Shown here: piece by piece, positions 50,995 through 64,000 of the stretch
Layout: each line of letters opens with the position of its first letter
Numbering within the stretch: position 1 is the stretch's first letter
Assembly: GCA_963924565.1 (NCBI GenBank)
Contig: OZ004612.1
Coordinates: 15,686,001 to 15,750,000, forward strand
Source: Ascidiella aspersa
Lineage: Eukaryota
Direction of reading: 5' to 3'
Length of the DNA stretch: 64,000 nucleotides
Made by a program: the position numbers and the translations under genes
Notes under the pieces: model-generated
The model's input: the letters and a program-made list of their open reading frames with translations, nothing else
The model's database searches: none
Told to the model about the DNA's origin: nothing

Positions 50995-52017
50995 TCAAGT
51001 ATTTAACGTCTTTCGTTGATCACCTTTACGAGTGCTAAGAGATTCAATTTGACTTCCAAATGCGACCACCGATCTTCGCACTTCTGGCGATTCTACACCC
51101 GCCACCATCCCATCGTGATCTTCCGGCGTCTTTGCGAAGGGCCACACTCTCTGGCGCCAGTCTGCAAACGTGTAAATCACTGCCAGGTTACTAAAGAGCA
51201 AATCGAATGCCATGAAATTCATCCAGTAAACATGGATCAGCCCCAGAGCGTCCAAAAACACGATGACGTGCATCAACATTGACGTCAGCACGCATGCGCT
51301 GGTGCAGAACGCGAGTCGCTTGATCATGTTGTGGATGTCGGTGTGCAGGTCGAAATGTACGCAACGACAGCTGGACGTCATCTGGCGCTCCAGCGAAAGC
51401 AGAGGCTGAGTGATGAGGCCGAACAAGACCAATTGGCACACAAAGCAGATGGTTGACGAGGCGACCACAAACGGAACCAATGGCTCTATCATTTCGTTGT
51501 TCCAAACTATTAAGCAGCCTTCGTCGGTCTTGTAGTAGCAGTAGGATCGCATTACTCCAAATGGTGCCCCTGCCGCTGTGATATAGATCGCTATTATCAC
51601 AGCTGAGCTCAGCCATCGCACGCATTTATTTACCGATCGTCCCAGTAAAGGGTCGGCATAAAACTTCCGTTGCCGCGCCCACAGTATGGTGTACACAATG
51701 CTGATGCCAAGTGGGTACAAAATCGTACCCGCCCACCTGTACAACTCGCACGCGTCAGGGATTGGAATCCAGTTGAACAAATCGCTGACAATTCGCAAGC
51801 TGTACAAAAGTTGCGCCACGACAGCGACTGTTACAAGGTGGTTCACAATGGCTCTTTTTCGGCTCTTCCGTCGAAACTCGTACGCCAGGAGGGAGATCGT
51901 CATGTACAGCGACGCCGTCGTAAGGGCAACACCGAAATACTTGGCATCCGCGTACTCCTTCGGGATTGTTCCATTGTTCAAGCCCAAATATAAACAATCG
52001 CTTTTAGAGCTGTTCAT
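50995..52017 (-). CDS. Orphan seven-transmembrane (GPCR-like) receptor, single coding exon, 340 aa
   Basis: Long ORF with higher GC than its surroundings and seven hydrophobic segments. N-terminal sequons (NSS, NGT). Cys at the top of TM3 (DACELY) and Cys in ECL2 (EGCL). LWARQRKFY at the DRY position, and an FADWRQRVWPF segment after TM7. Confidence 0.88.
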   Translation of the reverse strand: MNSSKSDCLYLGLNNGTIPKEYADAKYFGVALTTASLYMTISLLAYEFRRKSRKRAIVNHLVTVAVVAQLLYSLRIVSDLFNWIPIPDACELYRWAGTILYPLGISIVYTILWARQRKFYADPLLGRSVNKCVRWLSSAVIIAIYITAAGAPFGVMRSYCYYKTDEGCLIVWNNEMIEPLVPFVVASSTICFVCQLVLFGLITQPLLSLERQMTSSCRCVHFDLHTDIHNMIKRLAFCTSACVLTSMLMHVIVFLDALGLIHVYWMNFMAFDLLFSNLAVIYTFADWRQRVWPFAKTPEDHDGMVAGVESPEVRRSVVAFGSQIESLSTRKGDQRKTLNT

Positions 52018-55000
52018 GGGTATCTATTTTACCTGTAATTATAATAAATGCAGAGTGTCAGTTGCAAAAAACACTGTAATGCCAGGAATTACAAAACCAG
52101 GCATGCACAAGCACTCAATCATTTTTAGCGTTTTGCTTTACTTAAGGTTAAACAACAAGCGTGAAACAAGCATCCACGCCAAAACGGTCGAAGTTCGAAA
52201 TCCCCTCTGTTCCCTATGATTGCCATAAATTGGCTTTAGTTCACTCCAGTGAGGTCATAAGAAACGATCAACTATAAAGTGAGATCGCAACGACGGCACA
52301 CCATTCAGTGTCAGATTACATCAGATTTATTTCGGCCGTTTGGTATGCTTCCAGCTTAAACGCATCCATACAGGCAAAGAAGAACTATTTATTTTTTTCC
52401 AAAGCATTCGCTATTAAATCTCCTTTATTGTATCATACAACTAATTTGCTTTACTTTAAATCTTAACCGACCAATATTATCATATTTTCACAAGTGGCGT
52501 ATAATCTTAAATTGATTTAATGAAGAGAAAATTGGTGCGCATAATCGTACCAACAGTCTGTATAATACAGTATGTTCTATAACATATAAGGTGTTCAAAA
52601 GCACAATTCTACCGAAAGCAAGAAATAATGACTACAAATTCCGTTACTTGCTTGGTCAATGGTCATACACTCATAATAAAACAGTAAAAGTTATGCCAAC
52701 TAATTTTGGTAATTTAAGTCTTGATGTAAACTTCCTCATGTTTAACAAGCACAGTTTACAATTATTAAATAAGACTTTAAGTTAAAAAATACAAGAAAAG
52801 ATTTCTCCTAATGCTGTTTTATCATTTGTTAATCTCTAACTAAGTTTTAAAATATCTGAAACTATACCTATAAGTTATAAGACTACCTAAAGTACCCTGC
52901 TACAGGTTTAGGTAACTTCAAAATTATCTGCGTTTTGATCGACTCTTCAGTAATTGATATATTATACTGTCATCTCGCAAACTACTTGCATGGACCGAAC
53001 ACATTTTATAATGCTAAAACATTTCGAGCATGAACGTTTTTGAAGCAAACGGTTTGGTTTAATTTAAAATTTCATGAGATGATTGCGGTAGGTAAGTGAT
53101 AAATGTGCGTACGTTTAAATTAGTCAGAGGCTGTTATATTGCTAGTGACAGCTCTTTGTCGTATGACTGAATATATTGCGATGCTTTGGCCTTACGCAAT
53201 AGCATTATTTGGGGTTTGGAAACGTCACAGAAGGTGTGACCAAATACGGTGCAAACGAGTTCATTAGGCGCGATCTAGATTTTAAATTGTTTCTTTATTT
53301 AGCACAGTGAATTCGTTAACGACCTAATTTTCTACCCGACGAAAGCAACCCGCCTTGTGCTTTAAATGACCAGTAACCTATTCATAAAGGCGAAGCTTTT
53401 CAAAGCGCCTCGCGAATCTCCCATGAGACCAGTATTGGTAACATCTATCAGTTGAGGCTTCACGGCTGTGTGCCTGATATATGTCAACAATGGTTTGCAA
53501 ATCCCCGACGTTTACTTGCTTAGGCGTAACTAGGTAAAAACATATTGAATGATCATTCGAGGGGCCAAAGTTATTATATTTATCTAACAACCATATTTTC
53601 TTAACCATATGTATTTTGAATCATTTGACGTATTAATATTCGTCTTCCTTCCTTTTGACAGACTTTGATATAATTTACTGACATTGGAAAGCAAATAATT
53701 TTTATTACAACACATCCACTAACATTTTGCGAAAGATAAGTTCCTGAAATTTCTAGTAAATTGTGGTGCATTCACACTATAGGCCTGCTATAAGCTATAC
53801 TTGTTCCAAAAAGAGTTCTACATGGATTAAGACTTTAAACTGTCAATTATAGGAAGTTATACCGAGTACAAAAGTAAGAGCTGTTTAGGTATTACGACAA
53901 AGCTTGCAGCAGTAAATGATATGCTAAAGAATTTATATAAATTCTATATAAAGCTTTTTATTTTATATAGAGCTTGGATTAGGGGTGCAAAAAATTTTGC
54001 AACGGCATTACAGTCAACATTTTTAACACCGCCTTTGTGTTGCGGGTTTGAGCAAATAATCTCTTATTCCATCGTACTTAAAGTTGCTAAATGTTTACCT
54101 TTTACGTTTTTTTATTAAACACAGTTTGCATAACATGGTAGTTTTAACTCTCTTGAGAGTTTTCTAAACTATTTTTGTAACCAAACGGCGTAAGCTTTGT
54201 ATGCTGGCTTTATAGTAAAAAAAATTATCTTCTTTCTTTTAACAAAAACACGTTTGCGATTGCTGATTAAATAGGTTTTTTCAGGTTGTAAAAAGGAAGT
54301 GACGCTAATCATAAAGCGGCGTAATTGGCCTCACGGTAACGTCATCTTTATAATTGTTTTGACAAGAATTGACACCTGCCGGTTTTACGAGCAATATACG
54401 GCTGGTTTACGATACACGTTTGTTTAACGAGGGTCGAAGGCAAAGCATGATAGGCTATAGGGCTGCGAACCTTCTTAACTTTCTGTTTCCTTGTTCTTAA
54501 ATATTATTTTTAATTTTTTTGCGTAACCACCAACCGTTTCTATTTTCTGTTGTTGTCTTTTTCGGTGTATGTCGTCAAACCAGCCATGTAACTGACAAAA
54601 TATTATTATATTTTACTTCTTTTTTTTTATATATATCAGAACTCATGAAAGCTAATATAAATATAGGTTTATCCAATTTTATGGCCAGGACGCTTGATAG
54701 TCTCATAGTTCAATAAAAATACCAGATTAGAGTGGTGTCATTTCCCAACAAGCTGAAATTCCATGTGACATAACGTACAACAATACAAACCACATACTAT
54801 TTAATGTGAATTTCTTAATGAAAAACCAAAGACTAAGTAAAACTCTTATCCAACCTATCACCTGGGTCTTGGAGCTTAGCGCCCAATTAGGAATGTCCAA
54901 TATTATCGTATCGGAGCCGATACTTGATGGCAGTACCGTTACTCGTACGAAACTAGGGCGGTGCTCGGCATCCGATAAACAAATTTATAGAGAAATTTTA

Positions 55001-58000
55001 GTCAACATTTACGGTTAAACACAGTAATTTTTCCTTGAAATGCATCAAAAATAGTAGGGTTAACAACTTAACGTAACTAAACTTATTTTTTGATGGCAAT
55101 AAAATGTCAGGTTTTGGAAATTTGCCAAGTAATGATATAAAACAACGACAATATGCAACGGTATCTGAGCTGCAGATTTTCCTCCTAAGATAAGTTAACT
55201 GCTGTGCGTAAAACACGAACAAAATAGATAGCAAAACAAATATAATTGCAGCAAGAAAGTACGGTTATTCGACTCGTGTATAGCAGGGTTGGCGAACCTT
55301 TGGCCCGCGAGTCACAAAGTCCCTTTTATGGATATAGGTCTTGTTCGTGACCCACGCTATTAAAAAGTTCGTTTTTCCTGGAGTAAAACCAGTGCAAAAA
55401 CAATATATAATTTTGTCGAAAATGTATACGCGTACTTTTTTTAAATAGTACTGAACAAATTCGTGTTAAGTTAAACACGCTAACGTGACAATTCCTAACA
55501 ATCCAACAGAGCTAATTATTGACTTGTTCTCTAGCAATACCTATCACGTTGACTTTGGTGCGTCAACCATAACCGGTTTTACCATGCCAATGTAAATATC
55601 GATTTCGAGGCAAATAAATATTGCAAAAGTCACGTTACGCGGTATTGCAGAAGAAATCGATATTTTCACAGTCCGTTTTTATACTACGAAGCCTTTACGC
55701 AATTGATTTGTTTGATTTGACCTCAAAAATGCCTTTTTGCATTCTTTTCGCGTAGCCCACTGAAAACTCGTTTCTCCTGCGGAAGGTATTTTTAAGTAAC
55801 CACTGATTGTAACTTTACCACCCAAATAAAGTTATTTTCATCTTTTCCACAATTAAACGACCAGGCTGTTGATCTGATTCGCAATCGTTCTGTCAACTTT
55901 TCAATTAAAATAACATCTAGCAAATTGTTCCATTCTAGGTAGGCAACTAAAGTATCCTGTAATCAAATAGGGTTCCCGTGGTATTCATAATATTCGCGCA
56001 CAATTTACGACAACATAGAAACGCGCAATTTGTATAGGCGTTTTTTCAACAAACAGTTGATCGTAGTTCTGTCGCCACTCACGTTTGCAAATACGTCTTA
56101 CGCTAAGCGATTACGCATTTCAGTAGGTCCCTTGTGATGTCACAGTCAGCAAAGAATTTCCGGGCATTGCGCGGAGGTTAATTGCATCGCGCCTGGCTGC
56201 ATTGACTAATCATTCAACGGTGACAGAAGGCGCTGACAAAACTAAAAGGCAAAGGCCGCACGTCCTTGATGCACTTAGATACTGATTACTGAAGTGTAAT
56301 TTTGGACATGTCATGGTCGCACTTTTTCGCAGTTCGATCATTGTCTGCCTGTGGACAGAAAACTTCTTCCTGCGAAAAAGTGCTTGATTTCTATACGTCA
56401 CTAAATACGACTCAGTTAAACAAAATCCATCAGGATAATTTGACGTATGACCCCGGGTCATTCTAAAGTGCACTGAAGAAGTAACCTTATTTTTAACGCA
56501 ATCAGGGGATCTTTCAAATTGCATATCTAGGATTTGATGTGATTTGTAGTGATCGGAAGCCTTAACCAAGATCGATTATTGAGGTTTATTTTTGCACAGT
56601 AGGATTACGCCATTTAAATTTGCCGTTATACTACACAGCGGTTGGTCCGTGATTAAAATACGCCCATAATGGCTACATATACCGGGTTTTCCATTACTCG
56701 TGTAATTATTTTGCATGCATCCAAAAATCAGCCGTTTGTGTGACAAAAAATACCACTTTTTTACCAAAAACAACACCACTATTTTTTTTATTTTCAAACA
56801 TATAAATAACGCGGCTGTGCCCAGTTAAACTGGTACATCAATGCGTAACTTAACTCGAGTCCACATACATCAAGCGTTCTAAAATACAAGTTAAATTTTC
56901 TCTAAAATACAATATTGGATCCAAGCAATCGAAGCCTGCAATAAAATATATCAAAGGATGTTACTTAATTTGAGGACCTAAAATACTCTTTCTAATCTCA
57001 CCACAACTGGACCAGGCTAAAGCTGTGGCAACCTTTGTTATTATTAACAATACAATTTGACTCGCGTGGTATTAAAATTATAGCCGGTCGAATATAACGT
57101 AGGTAATTCGTACAACTTATAAATTAATAATTGTTTTCAAATGAGTTTAAATAAGGTTCACACCCTAAATTAGCTCTTGATGCAAATTATTATTTATAAA
57201 CTAACTTCGTTGCCTTTACGTTGTGTCGCTATGACTTAATCTCACATCATTAGATATTTATAACCTTTTCCAGTGTTTGCTTAGCGTATTTTAAATTTCA
57301 AAGTGAAAACTGCAATTAGCAACGTACCCAAAGAGCATTGAATCGCTTGGCATTTTTTGCACACCGAACCCTAAGGGGTTTGCGCAATAAGTGAGTCGCT
57401 CGAAGACATTTAAAAAAATCAAATGTCGCGCAAGGTGACACTATAATGGACATTTATTTCTTTTAGAGTGAATGTTTCTGAAGGCTTTAGGTCAAACTGC
57501 CTAAATAGGATTACTCATATATAATGGAATAGTTTCTTTGCAGAATTGGGTTAATTTTAGGCAATATTAAAAAAAATGATTTTAAGTTGTAAACTTGATA
57601 AGCATGTAAGAATGATTAAAGCCATTTACTATTTCCTAAACCTTTCCTGGACATAAAAGTAATCATTTCATATTTCTATAGGTGAACGGTTTAGTTTAAT
57701 CGAAAAAAAAAATATTTTCGGAAAATATTAGAAAATTTTCATTCGAAAATGTTTAACGCACTTTAAAATGTACATATAGTTACCTCAGTAAAACTACAAC
57801 AACAAAATCCTAATAAATTTAAGAAAAGGAAACTCTTTACATCAGAGTGTTGGTTTACCAACAGACACTTAACGCTTAATAGTGATAATAATCCTTCGGT
57901 TTTGTGCGAAACGTCGGATTATAGCTTTCGTTTAACACCATAAGAGTACTTCATATTGATTAATTAATATGAAGTGTAATACAAATGATACGATTAAATT

Positions 58001-58414
58001 GAACTGCCTTGAGAGCTTAGTTGCGTTTGGTAAAAAAGAAAGCTTCAGCAAAATTAGTTTTATTTTCTTATATTATAAATATAAGCTTCATCATAAAAAT
58101 TGACACTGTTAAGGTTATGTCCATTACAGTTAAATGTTTTTCGGTGTTCCGTCCTATAATGCTTACACTTAAATCCCAAACAACAACAGGTTTTTTTTAA
58201 GGACACCAATGATATCTTGTCAGCAGTAAGTGAGCCCAAAATTTCAATATAAAACCTGCGTCAGCCAAGCAATATAAATATCCCGCTTTAACTATATTGA
58301 TGAATTTAGTTTGATATTTTACATAATAACGAAATCACAAAATTAAATTTCTTACTTGAAAAGCTACGCACAGTGGTAAAAATTTAGCCAAAGGTATGAT
58401 GAGGTACCATACAC

Positions 58415-58854
58415 CAATGCTTCTTAAACCTTTTCACTCTTGTTCACCCCTAACATCTATCTCCAGATTTCATTCACCCTTGTCTCATGATATCATAAAA
58501 CTATCTCGTCTATATATAACAGCACAAATTACTTAGGTTGTTTCGATTTTTGTTTAGATCAACTCAAGCTAAGTTTTACCATTGCAAATCTACGATTTTT
58601 CAAATCCAAAAACATAAAGCTACAAAGGCACAAAACAGTCACCAAATTTTTGTACTTATAAACTCAGTGCAAACCAACTTCACTATTACAAAAAGCAAAA
58701 AACACACCAAAAAACAACAGTTCAGTAGTCGATTTACTGCAGAACTAACATCCATTTCTGACGGTTCACCCTTATTTACACCTTTTGGTTGGTTCACCCC
58801 TGCAAAAAATTTATTCACCCTATGGTGAACCATTCATCTGTTGAAGAAACACTG
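58415..58854. mobile_element. hAT-type MITE with TTCACCC subterminal repeats
   Basis: Termini CAATGCTTCTTAAAC / GTTGAAGAAACACTG. TSD CCATACAC / CCATACAT. Confidence 0.8.
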
Positions 58855-61800
58855 CCATACATTATTTTTTAACCGAACTGGAATGATAAAGACTAGACAA
58901 TGGTTTAGTTAACGGTTTGGATATAGGGTCAGATTGAGGTTTTGGCAGATATAGGGCTATGCTATAATGTGAGGCCTATTAATTTGCTATTAAAAAAAAC
59001 ATTGAAACAATTCAGCTATAAGACACAAGTTACGTCCTAAAAAGCTTGCGTTATCGAACGATCTGCGGTATGCAATTATGCAGCCGTAAGTCTTTTCGCG
59101 CAAAATAATTCGTATTAGTTTGATTACAGGCGGCAAACACCTTTACCTTACAAAAGAACACTTCACCGATTGGGTACATAAAACGATTAGCAAAAAAAAC
59201 GCACGAAACGCAGAAAATTATATTTTACATTTATCATGCTTAAAATAAAATTTAATATGTATTACCCACGATGCATTGTCCATTTTGTAAAGACCTTGTA
59301 AATTTGTGCAAACAGTATAAACTAGATAATTTGTCAGAACTTGCATTTGTAGGGAGTTCATAATTCTACACAGCGGCAGCGCTGACCAGAAGTTGGCAAC
59401 CTTTTTCTTAGAAAGGTTTCAATGTTTGGGCATTGTCTTTGCATTGCTGTCAAGTGACGCACATTGACTGACAGCAAAAGACGGCAATCTGGTTTGCTGA
59501 AAATAAACGCGATGGAATTAAAACAACACTCAAATGGTCTCACACTAGTCCATCATATCCTAAATTGTACACTGTTTTTTTTTTACAAAGATCGCAGTGG
59601 GCCTATATTTTGGGTGGGCCTGGGGCTGCAGCCCGATCAGCTCGACCTTAATCCAAAGTAGGTTAAAACAGGTTTGAATATTATCGAGAATATCCCCGAA
59701 GTAAGGCCTTTACATTTGTCCTGGATGTATAAGACGTTTTATTATTGTTAATTAAGATATGTTTCGCAATAATCATAGATGTTTTATTGTTGTATTTAAA
59801 GTATGTTGAGGAAGTTTATGTGATGCCTTCTTATGTCATTAAGCGTATTTTCAGTTGGCTATCGTAAAAGTTAAAATGAACAACTCATCCAAAAAGGCTT
59901 GTCTATCGTAGCATTTTTGGCACGCCAACCCTCGTGAAATAGACGAATTGAGACTGTCAATTTTGAAAGCAAAATCTGCGATATATTTAGGAAGTGACGC
60001 GCAGAACAACCAAAAAAATAATTATTTCAAAATTAGTTAGTTAGGTGACAAACCGTCATATCCCAATAAGCGTACCATGCAATTAATTAATTTGCAATAT
60101 CTCCTAAAATGTTGGTGCAGTTAAACAGTTTAGCCCTACTATTACTAAATATTTCAGGACTGATAAGTTTTCAGGTTTATGATGCGAAATATAAGATATT
60201 GAAATAGTTTCACTTTTAAACAATTCTTACGTAACACTTACAGAAAATCCTTAATTAAATGTTGATACTCTGGATCTGACTGGGCTAAAATACAGACCGG
60301 TAAATGAGTCCGTTGCTTATTCGGAGACGCAAGTAAAACGCTTAAATGACTTGTTCTTCACAAAAATGTTTACGGATAGAAGTCAGAAAGGCAAGTGACG
60401 TTCGATGCATCATATAACTACTGTATGCAGATAAAATGCTTGTCTAAAATTACTGTAGCCTGCCTATATTTGCTATTTGTATTTTTGTTATCAAAAAGGC
60501 ACGTGTCGCGGAATGGGCCATTTCAGCTCGCCACTCAAAACCGTTCAAGCAATAAACGAGATGTCTAAAACGTGTCTTTGGGGAAATAGAATATCGCGCA
60601 ACGTGGTGATATAATAGCTCTACAGCATCCTCACGTCAAGTGCTTCTTTTGGCAACCGCGACATTTGGTGATAAAAGCATTAGAGTGGACGATGTTCGAT
60701 TCTTCTATGTCGCCTGTAGTCCCTAAACGAATTAGGTTTGTTTGGTTTTAAGTATCCGTGTTTATGTGTTTTACATACAATATGACAAACCTTCAACCCC
60801 TGTTTCGGAATGCTATTTAAATTTCGGTTACAAAAACATTTCATCCTAGTGGAAAAATGCTAGTTAAGAAAGTTTGCAAAAAAAAAGCCCTTTTTGTGTG
60901 GTTTTATGAGATGGTTGAACTCGCAAACAAGTTAGTCTGGGAGGGCTGTGATGAAGACGAAAAAGATTTTTAAATGAGCCGAATGGCTATGCCACTGTTA
61001 TCTTAAATTTTCTCAGTAGGCTTTGTATTAATCTATCCCGTTTATCACCTTTCATACATGACAGCTTTACCATTTTAACTTATAAGGAAAAGTTGTGATG
61101 TATTTTAAACCATTGTTTGATAATGTTAAATATTTAAATATAAAATTGTTTAGATCTGCGTAAAAAATATTCCTTTCCACACCCTCGAAATGAAAGTTAT
61201 CCAATTTTAATCTAAATAAAGTCAAATGGGTTTCACGCTAATCTTCCACTTCCTTAAAATACAATCGTAGTATGAAGAACAACGGCCTGTTTCAAATTAC
61301 AGGTATATTTAATACGTTTTGTGATTTTGCGTTGTTCGCAAAACAAGTAATGAACCTGATGTGCTTAAAAAAACAATCGCGAGAAGGGCTATGAGATCAA
61401 CTCAGTACAGCGGGTATCTTTATGTACCTAGATGTACGACTTCACAGAATAATGTATTTCAGTAATATGTTTCAATAATTTAAAGCTCTAAAACCTTTGA
61501 TCTATGAGTTTTTTAATCAATTTCTAACAATCTTTTTTAGCACCAACCCTGATTCTCCAGAATAAGTTTCTAAAATAACTTTCGTAAAGGTTGTCGAAAA
61601 CGAGGCGTTCAAAAAGTATCGCTAACTTTGGCGAGTGTTATTGTCCAAGTAACTACGTTATACACGAGTGGGCGTATACTGCATTTCCTGTCAAATCGTG
61701 CATGCAAGAGGATATATGACGGTCGCTTGTTACGTGTTGGGTGCTGCTGGTGGACGTGTTTATAGACTTTATGCTCGCTGCCTATAAACTGCCTGAATAC

Positions 61801-62639
61801 TGTAGCTGTAGAAACAGGTATCTTGTTAGTTTTTGCGAAGTCGAAAACAATTTTGTAAAAAACGCATTTACGCTTTTACGTTGCCTAAGCAGTGGATTTA
61901 TATAGTGGTTTGTGATGTACAGTGACGTCACTTTAAAACCCGATGAATGTTGAGGTAGTTCCCGTGAAAATCTTCAAAAACAACATTTTTTTTGACAAGA
62001 TTATGTAATTAAACAAGCAAATAAGAGAAGAGTAAAACACTTAAAGCAAAGACAAAGGTAAAAGTAAACTGATAAAAACATGACAAAAATTGTCACAAAG
62101 CTTGTTCTGTTTCACTTATATAACTTGTGGGTGACTTCAAGTTGTTTTTTGTACATTGATGTATTTTGGGCCCTATTAGCAAAATCAGGGAACCTGTTTA
62201 AGAAAGATCAAACGCTCACCATAGTGGCCGGTGAGCACGACTTAGTGGCAAAGCAAGCTTTTTGTTCATTTAGTGTTTTCTTGGACTGGATTTGTCTATT
62301 ACACAATTAAAAACTTGTCACACTTTGTTATTATTGAAATGCAGTGTTTAAATGTTTAGTGGAAAGGTATTGCGCTCTAATGCTACAACAGCCCAGCGTC
62401 AACGCTAAACTGTTGTAACAAGCCACATTTACCGCGAGTTCGGAAGCCTCGAAACCACTGCAGTCTCTCCTCTGATCGTGTCGCCGTGTCAAGGATTAGA
62501 GTTAATAAAAATGCGACCAATCTCTTGCTTTAACAACATTGGCAAAATATGCCAGTTTATTTTCTATGATATTTCTTTACCGTTGAATCATGATGATTAA
62601 TTGGTGCTAGTATTATGGCTTACCAAGATTTAAATAGAT

Positions 62640-62752
62640 CAGGAGTTCATAACTGGGGGAACCCGCACCCCTTGGGGAACGATTGATTTTTTACGTGTTG
62701 CCTTGAGTATAATCCAACCATAGTTTGCTGCAAAAAAGGTTGGGAACCCCTG
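62640..62752. mobile_element. 113-bp hAT-type mini-MITE
   Basis: Termini CAGGAGTTCATAAC / GTTGGGAACCCCTG. Perfect TSD AAATAGAT at 62632-62639 and 62753-62760. Confidence 0.8.
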
Positions 62753-64000
62753 AAATAGATGCTACCGTATTGTGTTAACCTCTGTATAAAAAGGTACAGT
62801 TCATGATAGCCGGTTAAGCAAATTACGTGGTGTGTAAGGTCATTTATTTTTAACGTTCTAAACTCTTACCTTTCTTTCTTTAGTAGTTATTGAAAATCAT
62901 CGTTATGACATAAACGGGTTTTTCATAAAAAAAATGCAGTAAGTATTCAGTACATGTGGCCACGTGTATATTGTATACCAAATAGCGCGTAGAACTATAG
63001 CAAAAAAAAAACGATTTTTAACGCACGGTAGCTGTGCTTATTGGCTAACATAGAAACGTCCGATCTCTCTGAAATCTCAGATAGAATTTAACCTTGATAT
63101 CTTCAGTAATTTAACCTTTATAGCTTCAGCAACGCTAATTAACAAGGTGATAAATGAGTACTGAATTCTTCAGTTGCTTACAAGCTATATTTACGAAACA
63201 AAAACAAATTAAATTTAAAACTCGTTAACGAATAAGGGTGCAAATTATGAAAGTTCCAATTATTCAAAAAAATAAATATTAGTATTTTAAAGCGCATGGT
63301 ACAAAAACATAGAAAATATATCATCAAATGTTTGTTGTCTACGCCTTTATTTTCTTATTTAGTTTTATTTTCTTCAGCATTAATTGTTATGTTATCTTCT
63401 GGGGTTGTTTAATTGTCATTTACAATCCCTTATCAGAAAAGAACCTGCGCGCCTTTGTGCGGGCAACGCTAATCAGAAAAGTCAACGCTTGTCTGGCCTG
63501 GTTTTCGCTTGTGGGCAGTGCTAGCGGTCAAGCCTTTCGTACAATCAGATTTTAGGATGGATTGTTGTTGGCGGAATTGTACACTCTTTGCACTGTTGGT
63601 TTTACTTTTCTATATTGTCTTGTTGTTGTTTTAAAATAACAACATTGCCGAATAATGTATATATATATAATTTTCCTAAATAATTTCATTTGTTTAGTTA
63701 GGTCTTTTCATATTATAGATTGATAGCCACGTTTCACTGGCACAGCAAGATCAAGGTTTAGCAAATATTCGTCATTTTTATTGGGCGTTATTTTATTTTT
63801 ATTTTAGCCGTACATTAAAAGCGTTAGCTGTGCTATCATAGAGCGTCAAAAAAAACGATTTCGATATACAAGCTAATTAAACAGGTTTTACCTTAGCTTT
63901 CAGACAGATGTGATTGTGACGTACAGTTGTTTTACTGCATTTAAACCAACTTATGCAGCCTAATGCGTGGCAGCTCGACGGGAGGTTAAAAATTAGTGTG

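Noticed and set aside
51016-52219. Several overlapping ORFs on both strands
   Set aside because: Shadows of the GC-richer 7TM coding sequence with no independent protein features.
55283-55350. hAT-like left ends (also near 8184, 16310 and 25059)
   Set aside because: No confidently paired right end with a TSD, so boundaries cannot be supported.
56210-56569. 119-aa ORF in the right-hand gene-free region
   Set aside because: No recognisable motifs, splice context or compositional signal.

Overview
AT-rich eukaryotic (animal) genomic DNA with spliceosomal introns. The 7TM protein style and MITE content suggest a tunicate/ascidian, but that is inference. The main feature is a head-to-tail array of four intact 8-exon paralogous genes on the minus strand (7073-14096, 20421-23152, 27532-35223, 41764-48872). 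They encode type II membrane proteins with the GT-B O-fucosyltransferase-family motifs (GPNNQ, VHWR, YxASP, EMxIC...FLRS..S[TS]WS). A possible fifth member starts at the left edge of the window. A 3-exon HDHD2 gene (+, 4648-6308) sits next to the array. A decayed full-length hAT transposon with TIRs and a perfect 8-bp TSD (37114-40618) lies inside it, and a single-coding-exon orphan 7TM receptor (50995-52017) lies upstream. Introns and spacers carry many hAT-type MITEs with 8-bp TSDs, including three-level nested stacks. I found no supportable gene in 52.1-64 kb. All exon models were read by hand (splice sites and frame checked). No database searches were run.
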